DNA of 64,000 bases, from contig CH464491.1 in NCBI GenBank assembly GCA_000002445.1, positions 2,848,001-2,912,000 on the forward strand, written 5' to 3'. Made by a program: the position numbers and the translations under genes. The stretch is from Trypanosoma brucei (lineage: Eukaryota). The notes beneath the pieces were generated by a model that made no database searches, was not told where the DNA came from, and saw nothing but the letters and a program-made list of their open reading frames with translations. Shown piece after piece: positions 11,369-22,500 of this stretch (position 1 is the stretch's first letter; every line of letters begins with the position of its first letter).

Positions 11369-11743
11369 TTGGAGTTTTTTAGGGTGCAGCAAGGTGAGAA
11401 GGAGGTTAAATACCCTCCCCTCGTTTTATCCGCATCCGTCATTTTCCCCCTTTTTCTTCACTTCTCTTCGCTCTGTGCCCTCTTCCTTTTACATATGTGC
11501 GTTTACGATAAGCAGCAAAGGAATAATTTACATATCCAAGTTTCAATCACCAAAGAACGAGAAGGTAGAGTAAACGAAATAGGTTTGAGCAGATTAGGAA
11601 AAAAGTTTAAAAAGGAAGTGAGAAGCAGACAAGCTTGCAACGTTTGCGTGAGAAATAGGGGAAAAAGTGAGGTAAAGAAGGGTGCCTACGGGGGGGGAAA
11701 AAAAAATTATATTTACACATATCACCTAGAAACTCCACATATC

Positions 11744-12595
11744 ATGTCAACCACCTGCACCAAGAATGAGCCTCGTGGCTTCCACCATGACCCATATGGC
11801 ACGCCCCTGCTTGATCAAGGGAGCGAGGAGCGCAAGAATAACGCCGCCCTGAACTTCTTCACGGCTGCCACCTACGCTGACGAGCACCAAAAGCAGGAAC
11901 AATACTCTTTAACAAACTTTGACACGTTAAGTTCTGTTGATCAGATGACTTCTACAGAAGGTGAAGGTGGCATATCCGATAACGGAACGGTGGAATCCAG
12001 CGGACCGTTTGTGGTGACACCAGTCCCTCAACCTACTTCTACAGTCGCCCTTGCCATGGCGTCATCAACTGTTATTGCTGCAGCCGCCTCAGTGGTTCGT
12101 TACGCCTCTGTCGACTTTCGCTTCGGTAGCGCATGGTTTGTGGCGCCGTTCCGTACTTCCGTTGGTGAGATCGTTGTGGTAGAGTATCCACATAACGGCA
12201 GTCTCCATGTTGGACTCGTAAGTTGCATCACAACGACGATCCCACCGACCTTCACAACACTGCGAGCAGCAGAGCAAGCGGGCCTTATGCCTACCGAAGA
12301 GGATCTCATGCAATACCCCCGTCTGGTGCGCCATGCTCGTGAATTCGACCGCCACACAAAGTTGGAGTTACGCACGCATGATCTCGCTTCACTCAGGTCT
12401 GCGCGCGAACTGGCTGAGGAAATGGGAGCACCCATCACATTTATCGATGCTGAGTGGCTGTTGGATCTGACAGCCGTAACGTTCCTGGTGCAGGTATGGG
12501 GCAACATGGAGCAAGTGGATCGCCTAGCTGATGAACTTGCCGCGCGCGAAGGAGCGGAGGTTGTGTTTACTTATCCTGCAGTGAGGTATGAGTAG
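11744..12595 (+). CDS. Hypothetical protein with a PSP1 C-terminal-like region
   Basis: The ORF opens at 11369, but 11369-11743 is (TA)n and A/G-rich UTR-like sequence, so I take the in-frame ATG at 11744 (MSTTCTKNEPRG...). The C-terminal half (...FRFGSAWFVAPFRTSVGEIVVVEYPHNGSLHVGLV...LMQYPRLVRHAREFDRHTKLELRTHDLASL...VVFTYPAVRYE) resembles the PSP1 C-terminal conserved domain. The assignment is tentative. Confidence 0.4.
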   Translation: MSTTCTKNEPRGFHHDPYGTPLLDQGSEERKNNAALNFFTAATYADEHQKQEQYSLTNFDTLSSVDQMTSTEGEGGISDNGTVESSGPFVVTPVPQPTSTVALAMASSTVIAAAASVVRYASVDFRFGSAWFVAPFRTSVGEIVVVEYPHNGSLHVGLVSCITTTIPPTFTTLRAAEQAGLMPTEEDLMQYPRLVRHAREFDRHTKLELRTHDLASLRSARELAEEMGAPITFIDAEWLLDLTAVTFLVQVWGNMEQVDRLADELAAREGAEVVFTYPAVRYE

Positions 12596-12654
12596 AAGCG
12601 GCAATCGTTGCATCCACATATTTTTCTCTTTGTTAGGTGTAGGTTGTTTCACTG

Positions 12655-12686
12655 TTGCTGTTGGTGTTGGTGTTGGTGTTGGTGTC
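12655..12686. repeat. (GTTGGT)n microsatellite
   Basis: The run gttggtgttggtgttggtgttggtg is directly visible. Confidence 0.9.
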
Positions 12687-14204
12687 TCTTCCTCCCTTCT
12701 TCGCAGTGATGGCTGTCCGATAATTTCCGCTCTCATTACTGTAAAGAAGTGGGTTTCTGCATCTGCATATATATATATATATATAAAAGGGCGGCAGAAA
12801 GAGCTAAGCGGAAAGGCATCACATACCTTTCTTTAAGGGGGGAGGGGGCTCACGCGAATGTTGGCAAGCAGGAGATACGTGTGAAAAAGAGCACACAGCT
12901 ACGTTTATACATGTATATTTATATAAATATGTGTTGCTTACATGCACAAAAGTGTACGGATTGAATTGCAGGAATAGCCGCGAAGGTAGGATTTAGGTGC
13001 GCGCCGGCCTCTAGAAACGGGAATTAGAGACGTTTCTTTTTTTTTTCAGTGAACAACGGTAAGGAACACGAATAAGATGCTCGCACGATGCGTGTGTGCT
13101 CGTGCGTCTAAATGCGTATGTATGCATATTTAACTGTGTAGCGTCGAAAGGAATGAAGAAAAAGGTAACGTGGGGCGAAGGTAAGAAAGTAATAATACCA
13201 CACTTTTATTCTTCCTCGATTTTGATGTCGTTGGTGTGCTTTGTTTGTTTGTTTGTCTTTTTTTTTTCTGTTGTTTGTTTGTTTTCCCATCTTAACTTTC
13301 TGACTTCACCAAATGGGGCCCACGTACGCTCCGCGACCAGACTTTCTTTTTTTTTTCTTTAGAGTTCGTTTAGGGCAGCGGTGGCGCCTCTTCATTTTTT
13401 TTTCTCCTCTTGTATTATTATTTTCCTTTTGTTTTCCTTGTCTGTGTGTTTTGTTTTTGTTTTATCTTTTTGGATTCATTCACTTGTTTCTCATTTCAGT
13501 TGTGCTTTGGTGGCGCCCACATCCACTGCAGGACGAGATGAGATGAATCATTAAAGTGAAAATGGTGAGGATTCGAGGAAAGGAGTTATAATAATAATAA
13601 TAATTGTTGTTATTATTATATTCCCAATGTTATTATTAATATTATTATTATTATTGTCATAATTATTATTGATGTTGTTTCCGGTTCAGGAAAAGGTAGC
13701 AATGAAAGGGATGTGAAAGAATGGTAGTAGAAGAGTGCTTCAGCTTGTTTTGTTTTGTTTTCTTTTCTTTTCTTTTTTTTTTTTGCTGTTTGCTCTCAAT
13801 ATATAATAGAGAGGGGAGGGGAGGGAAAAAAAAAAGAGGTAAAGAGGGAGGAACAACGAAAGAAAAAGGAATAACAAAATAAGGTGAGCAATTAATGAAC
13901 CACGGAATGAAGCAAAAAATAAAAAAACAAAGAAGTGAAAAGTGAAAAGGAAAGAAAAAGAAAAAATGACGTTCACGAAATTATTTACTCCATTGAGTGG
14001 GTCACATGATATATAAATGGATAAATGAAAAAGAGAGAAGTAAGGCGTAGCGATCAGCACATGCCTTCGTAGAGGTGCTGTGTTATATTAATTTATTCCC
14101 GCACAGCTCCACACAAGAACGGAGAGAAAAATGAAAAGAAAGGAAGTAGATAATAAAGAGGAAAAAGAAAATATTAATTTTGTGGTAAAAATAAATAAAT
14201 AAAT

Positions 14205-14208
<4 letters not shown>

Positions 14209-14246
<38 letters not shown>
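14209..14246. repeat. (TA)n microsatellite (about 19 units)
   Basis: Directly visible. Confidence 0.95.
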
Positions 14247-14250
<4 letters not shown>

Positions 14251-16009
14251 TATAATTAAATAGAGGTGGGATCGGGGGGAAGAACAAAATGAATAAATTC
14301 CCAAAACATTTTCTTTTATTTACAATACTGCACTGCACAAATTTACAAAAATTATATATGTATTGATGTATATTTAATTATTCGCATCTGCAAGCAAAAA
14401 AAAAAATCACAATAAAGTGAAGAAGAAGAAGAAAAGTGGGCCAGGAAAAAAAGAAAAAGAAAAGAAAAGAAGGGTGGGAGAAACTGATGCCCATTTATTG
14501 TTGGAAATGTAGAAAGTAGAAAAGGACAAAGAAAAAAAAAAGGTAATATACATGTGTTTATATTTATATATGTCTTTAGGTACATTTTCTTTTCGCCCAC
14601 TTGTGTTCTTCCTTTCTTTCTTTATTTGCTGTGTTATGTGTGTGTGTGTGTGTGTGTGATTGTTGTGTTGTTGTTTGTTGTTGTTGTTTTTCCGGTTTCA
14701 CACTTATGCGTTTCCTGTCCCCTCCACTCAGTCCCTTTTTTTTCTGTGCGGTAACAAAAAAAAAAGAATAATGATTAAATAGTAAACAAATACAAAAAAG
14801 AAAAAAAAAGAAAGAAACTTACAATTGAGCAAAGACAAAAAAAACAAAAAATGGGGGATGCCAGTGAAAGGAGGTGGAAACTGAGAAATGAAACGAAAAA
14901 GAATTTGTTTTTTTTTTCAATAACTAACTAATTAATTAATTAATTAATTTTTTTTATTTGCTTTCGTGTAATAACGGAAGAGAAAGGAAACAAACAAAAA
15001 AAGAATGAGTTAATCAATCAATCACACACACATGCACACACATACACGCGGAAAAAGGGAAAGAAAGAGGGGGGAAAATGTGGAAATAATAATAATTTGT
15101 GATGATGACGACAATTACTATTGTTTATTACTAAAATCAACAACAACACGATGAACTAATGGATGAATGAATGGATGAATGAATGAAAAAGGAAAAAGAA
15201 AATGAAGGCGTGAGGAAAACACGTAACGGACAGAAATGTAATCGGAACCCACGAGTGAAGGTTTTGGGAAAGGAAAAAAAAATGAAAAAAATAAATAAAT
15301 TAGCACAAAAGGGGGGAAACGGAGATCACAAAAAAACTTATCATTTCTGTTTTTTTGTCATGTCACCAAAACACGAAGCGTGAGGAAATATTAACTCCTC
15401 TTTTTTTTCCCCCCTCCACCCCTTTTCTCTTTTGTGCATATGTGTTATATTATTTATTAATTCATTTACTGTTCCTCCTCTTCCTGTTTTATTCTACACA
15501 TTGTGCTCGTCCGTGTGTACTCTCGTCAACAGCTCACATCCACCATTTTCATCACCAGCCGGTTTCCTTTTTTTTTTTCCTTATCCCTTCGGTTCTTTTT
15601 GCTTGGTTTTATCTTTATTCCATTTTTTTTGTTTTGTTTTGTTTTCTTTTAGAGCAGCTCACCTGGACGCGTCTTCCAGTTTTCATTTATTCCTTTTAAA
15701 TCCCTTCGCCTTTTTTTTTGCTCGATTTTGTCCGTACTGAATTGAACTAGATTTTGCATTAATCCGTTGCTAAGATGAAAAAACAAAACAAAACGAAATA
15801 AGGAAGTGGATGTGATAGGGGAAAGGGGGAAAGGGGATCCAACGAGACGCGCATGGCAGCCGTAAACACAATTGAAGGGAGGTTGAATGGATAATAAATA
15901 ATAATAAAAAAAAGAAAGGAAGAAAGGAAGGAAGGAAAGGAAGTGCAAGTATAAGTGAGTGGGTGGGGAGAGGAAGGGAAAAAGAAAAAGAAAAAGGAAC
16001 AGTGAGGAT

Positions 16010-16024
<15 letters not shown>

Positions 16025-16042
<18 letters not shown>

Positions 16043-16079
16043 TGTGCGTGCGTGCGTGTGTGTGTGTGTGTGTGTGTGT
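16025..16079. repeat. Compound (TA)n-(GCGT)n-(GT)n microsatellite
   Basis: The sequence tatatatatatatatatatgtgcgtgcgtgcgtgtgtgtgtgtgtgtgtgtgtgtg is directly visible. Confidence 0.95.
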
Positions 16080-17893
16080 TTGCGTAATAAACGCATGTCT
16101 CACCCAATTCGTTTCTTTTTTCTTTTTTTATATCCTTTTCTTACAATCTACGCGTAACACATGCCAAGGTGTTCATATACTCATTCATGTATTTACTCTT
16201 ATTTATATTGATTCGTTTATATGACCCACTCCAGCACTCCTTTCATCCTTTGAGTTTAACACGCTGCTCTTTGGAGTTCACCCTTTCTCTCTCCCCCCCC
16301 CCTCCCCCTCCCACACACTCACACACACCTTCTTTTTTTTTTAAATTTGCGTGTGTGGTTTCCTTTTATTTTCCTATATATATAAATAAATAATATCTTT
16401 GTTGACAATAACAGTCGGTGGGGTAGGTTTCCCGTTTTGTTCGGTATGAGAGGCGCCGCTGTAATGTCTGTTGCGCATTCTCTTTCTTTCTCTCTCATTT
16501 GCTCTCGCAACCACCAGGCTTTGTCGTCATTGTTGTATTTTTAGTTTAGTTTAGTTCTACGACGCTTTTTTTTTTCTGGTTTTTGTTTCATTACTGCACT
16601 CTGATATGTGTGCATTCGTATATGCGTGTAATGTTCGATACCGGACGCTGTTGATTTAAAGTGTATTTGTTATTTTTTTTTCTTTTAAAAAACCTGTAAT
16701 GTTCCTGGCACTTCCCGCATCCTAATGCCCTAACCCTGCCAATGATAGAATGTTGGCGGCAAGGTGTAGGGGAATGAAGAAATAAAGAAAAGGGAGAAGA
16801 AGAAGGAAAAGAAAAGAAAAGGAAAAGGAATAGAGGTCTACGGGGAAGGGAAAACACTCATATGTATATAAATAAACACAAACGAATATATTCATATTTA
16901 TTTACATGAAGGTGTATAGAGAGGGCTTTGGTCTGATCATTTGGAAGAAATGAATGAAAAGACGTTTTGAGAGGTATCCTTCTCCCTTTTCTTTTTTCGT
17001 TTAATTTCTTCTTCATAATTCTGTCGGCGTTCTCTCCTTCTCTTTTTTTCCGGTTCCTAACGCAGATACGCGCCATAATGAAACTGAATTAGCATCGGCT
17101 GCACATAAGGAACAACGGTGAAAGGAGGCGAGTAAGAATGAGTGAATGAGAAAGCAGAATGGAGGCGTTGTCACGCGGATCTGTGTAGACCTCATTCTTT
17201 CCTTTCTTTTGTTTTGTGTTTGTTTGTTGTTGGTGATGATGTGGTGACGTTCTGCTCCCTTTCGTTTGTTTCATCACCTGTTTTTGTCACGGTCACTTTC
17301 TCTCTCTTTTTTTTTTGCTTTTGGAAGACACCACCGCCAAATCACGCCGCAAATATGGCAGTTTTGTATCGAAAACACCCGGGCGCGAGAGAATGTAGAA
17401 CCCCTTCCCCACAGTAGGAATGAATTTGCAATATGTGGAAGAAGAAAATTTTCCTCGAAAGAGGAAGAGATATTGAGTAAAAGAATGCAGAGAGAAGGAG
17501 AGATAGAGGGAGAAAAGCGAAAAAGAAAAAGAAAAGGGCAGCTTCAGCCGGTCAATAACACTTTCGCACACCGCCACAAACCCACAAGCGCAGCACATAC
17601 ACGTGGCTTCAAGTATGTATAGGAAATGCGTGTGACGCTATTTTACAGTTGAAGCCCCGGGTGAGCGGCGGGGGAGGTATTTTCATCCTCTCCCTCTGCT
17701 GTTTTCTTTTTCATTTTTTCCTGTTATCTTTGCTTGTGCTTTACTATTTATAAACCCTCTATTACTTGACTCACCACCTATACTTCTACAGCAGTTGCCT
17801 CTGTTGTTGCCGTCGGTGGGCCCGCATACAGAAGAAACGCACTCGCCAACCGCAGTGTCAATCTCCTCACCATCTGTTGTTTGCCTTCCAGGC

Positions 17894-17927
<34 letters not shown>

Positions 17928-18078
17928 ATCAATACCCGTACGCATGTGCATTTGTGCACCGTTTAGATGTTACCTTTACCTCATTCCTTTTACTTCTGTT
18001 GGGTTGCCTTGCCTCATCCTCACTCTTTAGCGGGGCGGCTACTGAAGCAGAGGGTACCGTAGTACATATCATAGCCGA

Positions 18079-19068
18079 ATGTTTCGTTTCAACCAAACCC
18101 TCCGTGCAGCACTGGCAACGCCAAAGGATATCGCAGCTGCTCTCCGTGTACTAGGATTGGACACCAACAGCGCGAATATCAGTAGCGAGGCAGTAAGAGC
18201 ACAGTATCTGAGACTTGCGCGGCTCCATCACCCAGATATCAGCAGTGGTGATGATCAGAAGATGAAGATTATCAACACAGCGTATGAGATGCTTCAGAGC
18301 AGCGGCGCTTTAAACCCAAAGGCCGCCAGTACGTCAGGTACGGCGGATGAAGACAAGGAAACAAAACCAGGCGACACTGTAGAAAATGCAAATGGTGGTC
18401 GGTTCTCCCCTAAGGCTGGACGACGACGGCGAAGGGTGCCGGATGATTTTGCGGACGGTGACAGGTGGGACATGAAGTCGACGCTCGAGTGGCGTGCTAT
18501 GACAATGATGGGAGCCGGGTCCGTGAGCGAGGAGGAGCTCCGCAACCCCGCAAATCACCCGTTCAGCCACAGTAAATTTTTTTCGTTCGAGGAGGACGTA
18601 ACGATCTACCGTATGATACGCGGCGGCGCGACGATACGCCAAGTGGCTCGTACACTAGGGAAGGCCCCAACATTTGTGGAGCGGCGCCTGCAGAACGCGC
18701 AGTTCAAACAGCGGGTGCAATATGTCATGCGGCATGAGAAGCGTCAAGGGCTGAAGGAGCGAGCTTCGGGGACGGGGGCGAACTCTGGTGGCTTTAACAT
18801 GACAGAGCGGCTGTTTGGGACAACTACCGGCGGGAACAGCCGCGGGCGGGAAGGTCACCGGAAGAAGGAGTGGGAACCAACCGCTCTCGATGGTGAGGTT
18901 CCTGCTCACTTCGCGGATATGAGTCTCGAGGAGAAGGGCCTCCACGCCCGACTAATGCAAGAGGAAAGGCGGCAGCAGCAACTTCCCTCCTGGGGCGTAG
19001 TGGCGTCGAAGGTGGGAAGGTCGTATTCAAATTACGCGCGATTCACTGGGAATTACAAAAAGACGTGA
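18079..19068 (+). CDS. DnaJ/J-domain protein (329 aa) with a possible C-terminal HTH-like segment
   Basis: The N-terminal J-domain has the invariant HPD tripeptide (...AQYLRLARLHHPDISSGDDQKMKIINTAYEMLQ...). Downstream, ...EEDVTIYRMIRGGATIRQVARTLGKAPTFVERRLQ... looks like a helix-turn-helix. The tail is basic and G/R-rich. Confidence 0.75.
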   Translation: MFRFNQTLRAALATPKDIAAALRVLGLDTNSANISSEAVRAQYLRLARLHHPDISSGDDQKMKIINTAYEMLQSSGALNPKAASTSGTADEDKETKPGDTVENANGGRFSPKAGRRRRRVPDDFADGDRWDMKSTLEWRAMTMMGAGSVSEEELRNPANHPFSHSKFFSFEEDVTIYRMIRGGATIRQVARTLGKAPTFVERRLQNAQFKQRVQYVMRHEKRQGLKERASGTGANSGGFNMTERLFGTTTGGNSRGREGHRKKEWEPTALDGEVPAHFADMSLEEKGLHARLMQEERRQQQLPSWGVVASKVGRSYSNYARFTGNYKKT

Positions 19069-19558
19069 CACAAAAGTAGTCGGTGTCACAGTGGCATTTC
19101 TCTCTTTATTTCGATGCTTTTAAACCAGCGTCCAGGGCAAGCAGCAGGAACGGCCTTAACAACACAATTCAGGGCTATCCCTAACCCCTCTCGTCTTACT
19201 CCATAATTGTTGCATGTTAGGTTTTATGTTGTTCCTTCCAACGCGTACTTGTACAAGTTTGCCCAGTTTTCTGAGTACTCTTATCACTTTCCCCTACTTA
19301 TTCTTGGATCCCTTAAACTTCGCATTTTCTGCGCCCGTTACGGACGTTCAAAGAAAAAAATAGTGTGTTCCCGGGTGTAGCAAGAGCGACGACAACCGAG
19401 GGGCCAGCGGGGGAGCTCTATTTAGGCTGCAGCACTTTGGATTTCCTCTCTGTTCCAGCTTCCTTTGACTAACTGTGCTTGTCCAGGCAGGGCGGTGTGC
19501 CCTGTTTGTTCGGTATAGACACAGGCAGTAGAATTCGGGTATAGATAATAACGACAAA

Positions 19559-22500
19559 ATGAGTGCACAGTTCAAAAAAGAAAATATTAAAGGGGAGGAA
19601 GGGGAGGGAAGGAAGGGAAAACCATTGCACAAGATGGCTCCCGGTGGCTGCGATGCGATCTTGCAGGAGGCGCTATTGTTGGGTTCATATGCTGATTTCT
19701 GGAAACTTGCCACCGGTTATACAAAGGCGCTATGCAATGTATACGTCGCCCCAAACCCCTATCCAACTCCTGGTGGAGGAAATGCAGCCGATGGACACAA
19801 CCCGAACTCAGCTACCCAAAATATGGTAAAAGTGACGACGACGGTACCTTGTAGCCTTAGGACCTTTGCCACGTTCATCACAGCGCCACGAAGCGTGCGA
19901 TACTGCGAGGACAACGTCATGTTTTGCGATATCATTGAAAGAGATAACAAGACAAAGTTGTTTCACACCGCATACGCAGGCGATCCTCCATGTGATGTGG
20001 TTGCCGTGCATATAACGGCGGCGTACAAAGTGCCGGAGAACACCACCGAAAACAATCCCTTGTGCAAGTTTGTGGCAAGCCTTCGTGACGATAAACGCCG
20101 GGGCCACGTGCCACAACCCTCGTCAACGATATTCGTTTACGCTATGAAGAGTGCTGAGCACCCCAAGACACCTCCTTCGCCGCCGTACGTGCGTATGCGC
20201 TTTCACTTATCTGCCTTTATCGCCTATGAAATACCAGGGCCACTCGTTCGAGTGGTGTTCGTTCACGCACCAGGAGATCGTACTCCAAAGATGGTTGACC
20301 GGTGCATAACAAAAATGGTCTGTGTGCGGAACTTATGCCAAATGCTTGAGTGGCTTAACACAGGTGGCCCTCTCACGGAACCTGTCATCTGGGAGAATCA
20401 GCGGCCACAAGAAACGCCAAATGCACACTCCGTTGGGGCCGAAAACACACGCGAGCCCAATCCTCTCGTTGAGGAGCCATCAGATGTAGTGTTACAAGGG
20501 GACAACCCATCCTCTGCTCCAGGCCGTGTATTTCAAACATTGTTTGCCCTGCATGCTTCAGCCGCGTGGCGTTTGGTCCTTCAACATGAAGGATGCACGG
20601 TGGAGGAATGCGAAGCACGATGTTGCTTTCCTGCACCGGCTTTTCTAAAGGCTTACCGTTTCGCGACAACTATCGCATGTTCTCTGGATATTTTCCGCCG
20701 ATTAGTGAGCGACCCGATGCAGTTGCACAGGTACGACCCGAGTGTAGAGAAAGTAGAGCTCCTCCACTCACAAAAGGGTGAGGATACCGTTCACATACAT
20801 TTCAAGCAACTGTCTCATTCTGCTCCCAAGCAGGATGCCTGCATTCTAACATCTAACGCACTCTTGCAACCCGACGAGGCACACCGATGGCGTTTATACC
20901 AGCTGACAGACAACATAAATGTTGTTTACGTGCAGAATGGTATTCAAAGCACTGAAATTCCTGCTGCTGGCGCGTGCGACCGACAGGTAGTGTATGCAAT
21001 GGGATACGTCGCCATCCCATCAGTGAAGCGACAACCCACGGGAGCTGGGGATGGCAATGAAGGCAGTGAGGCGCTGCGGGTCTACCATGTCGTCTGCGTG
21101 GACAACAACACTGCTTCATTCGCGGATAAGCAGCTTGTGACTATTCGTCAGCATTTTTTCCGCCTTACTGGAATACGAAATTTGTGCGATGAAGCGAAGA
21201 GCAAACCTCCTACCTGTTCTTTACCTCCTCACACAACTCGGGATGTTAATGATTTCTTCGAGAGCGGTACGTTAGCAGGATTTACAGAGGTGGAAACGCT
21301 TGAAGACGCCTCCCTTGAAAGAACAAGCAGCACGAATAATGTACGTAGACAGCTCGATTTAGTCGATGGGATGGAAGGCTACACCAGCCACGCGACTGCG
21401 CATGTGGACACCATGATGAACTCTTCTTCATTGGAGAAGCTTCACCAGTTTCTCTTGCACTTTGCACCCCATTATTGTATAGAGCACAAACAAAGTGAGC
21501 TCGACAACAAACTTGTTCCAGCAGCTGCTGCACTGCAACCCTCACCATTCACCGAGCAACAGCAAATATCCCCTTCAGTTTGGCAAGCACACGCGCCAAC
21601 ACCCGATCAGCAGAAACAGGAAGTGCAAACTGCTCAACTGGTGCAGCGTGGAAAAGTAAGTGCACCTCCAGCTATTCAGCAGAGTGGAGGAAAGGCAGCT
21701 TTGACATGGGACACCAGTGTGGAAGAGGTAGTGCCTGACAAGCAGAAACAGGAAGTGCAAACTGCTCAACTGGTGCAGCGTGGAAAAGTAAGTGCACCTC
21801 CAGCTATTCAGCAGATTGGAGGAAAGGCAGCTTTGACATGGGACACCAGTGTGGAAGAGGTAGTGCCTGACAAGCAGAAACAGGAAGTGCAAACTGCTCA
21901 ACTGGTGCAGCGTGGAAAAGTAAGTGCACCTCCAGCTATTCAGCAGATTGGAGGAAAGGCAGCTTTGACATGGGACACCAGTGTGGAAGAGGTAGTGCCT
22001 GACAAGCAGAAACAGGAAGTGCAAACTGCTCAACTGGTGCAATGTGGAAAAGTAAGTGCACCTCCAGCTATTCAGCAGATTGGAGGAAAGGCAGCTTTGA
22101 CATGGGACACCAGTGTGGAAGAGGTAGTGCCTGACAAGCAGAAACAGGAAGTGCAAACTGCTCAACTGGTGCAACGTGGAAAAGTAAGTGCACCTCCAGC
22201 TATTCAGCAGAGTGGAGGAAAGGCAGCTTTGACATGGGACACCAGTGTGGAAGAGGTAGTGCCTGACAAGCAGAAACAGGAAGTGCAAACTGCTCAACTG
22301 GTGCAACGTGGAAAAGTAAGTGCACCTCCAGCTATTCAGCAGAGTGGAGGAAAGGCAGCTTTGACATGGGACACCAGTGTGGAAGAGGTAGTGCCTGACA
22401 AGCAGAAACAGGAAGTGCAAACTGCTCAACTGGTGCAACGTGGAAAAGTAAGTGCACCTCCAGCTATTCAGCAGATTGGAGGAAAGGCAGCTTTGACATG

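Larger units (their letters stand above)
12596..18078. other. 5.5-kb gene-free, low-complexity intergenic region (probably long UTRs)
   Basis: No ORF longer than about 150 aa with protein-like composition. It is dense in microsatellites: (TA)n at 12767-12785, 14209-14246, 16025-16043 and 17893-17910; (GT)n at 14637-14658, 16043-16079 and 17911-17927; (ATT/TAA)n at 13592-13672; (TAAT)n at 14924-14947. Blocks alternate between purine-rich (13740-15300, 15760-16010) and pyrimidine-rich (13200-13520, 15400-15750) sequence. Confidence 0.7.

Noticed and set aside
11369-11743. An N-terminal extension of ORF 11369-12595 (MEFFRVQQGEKEVKYPP...)
   Set aside because: The segment spans the (TA)n microsatellite boundary and A/G-rich low-complexity DNA (gggggggaaaaaaaaattatatttacacatatcac). 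A start at the downstream in-frame ATG (11744) is more plausible.
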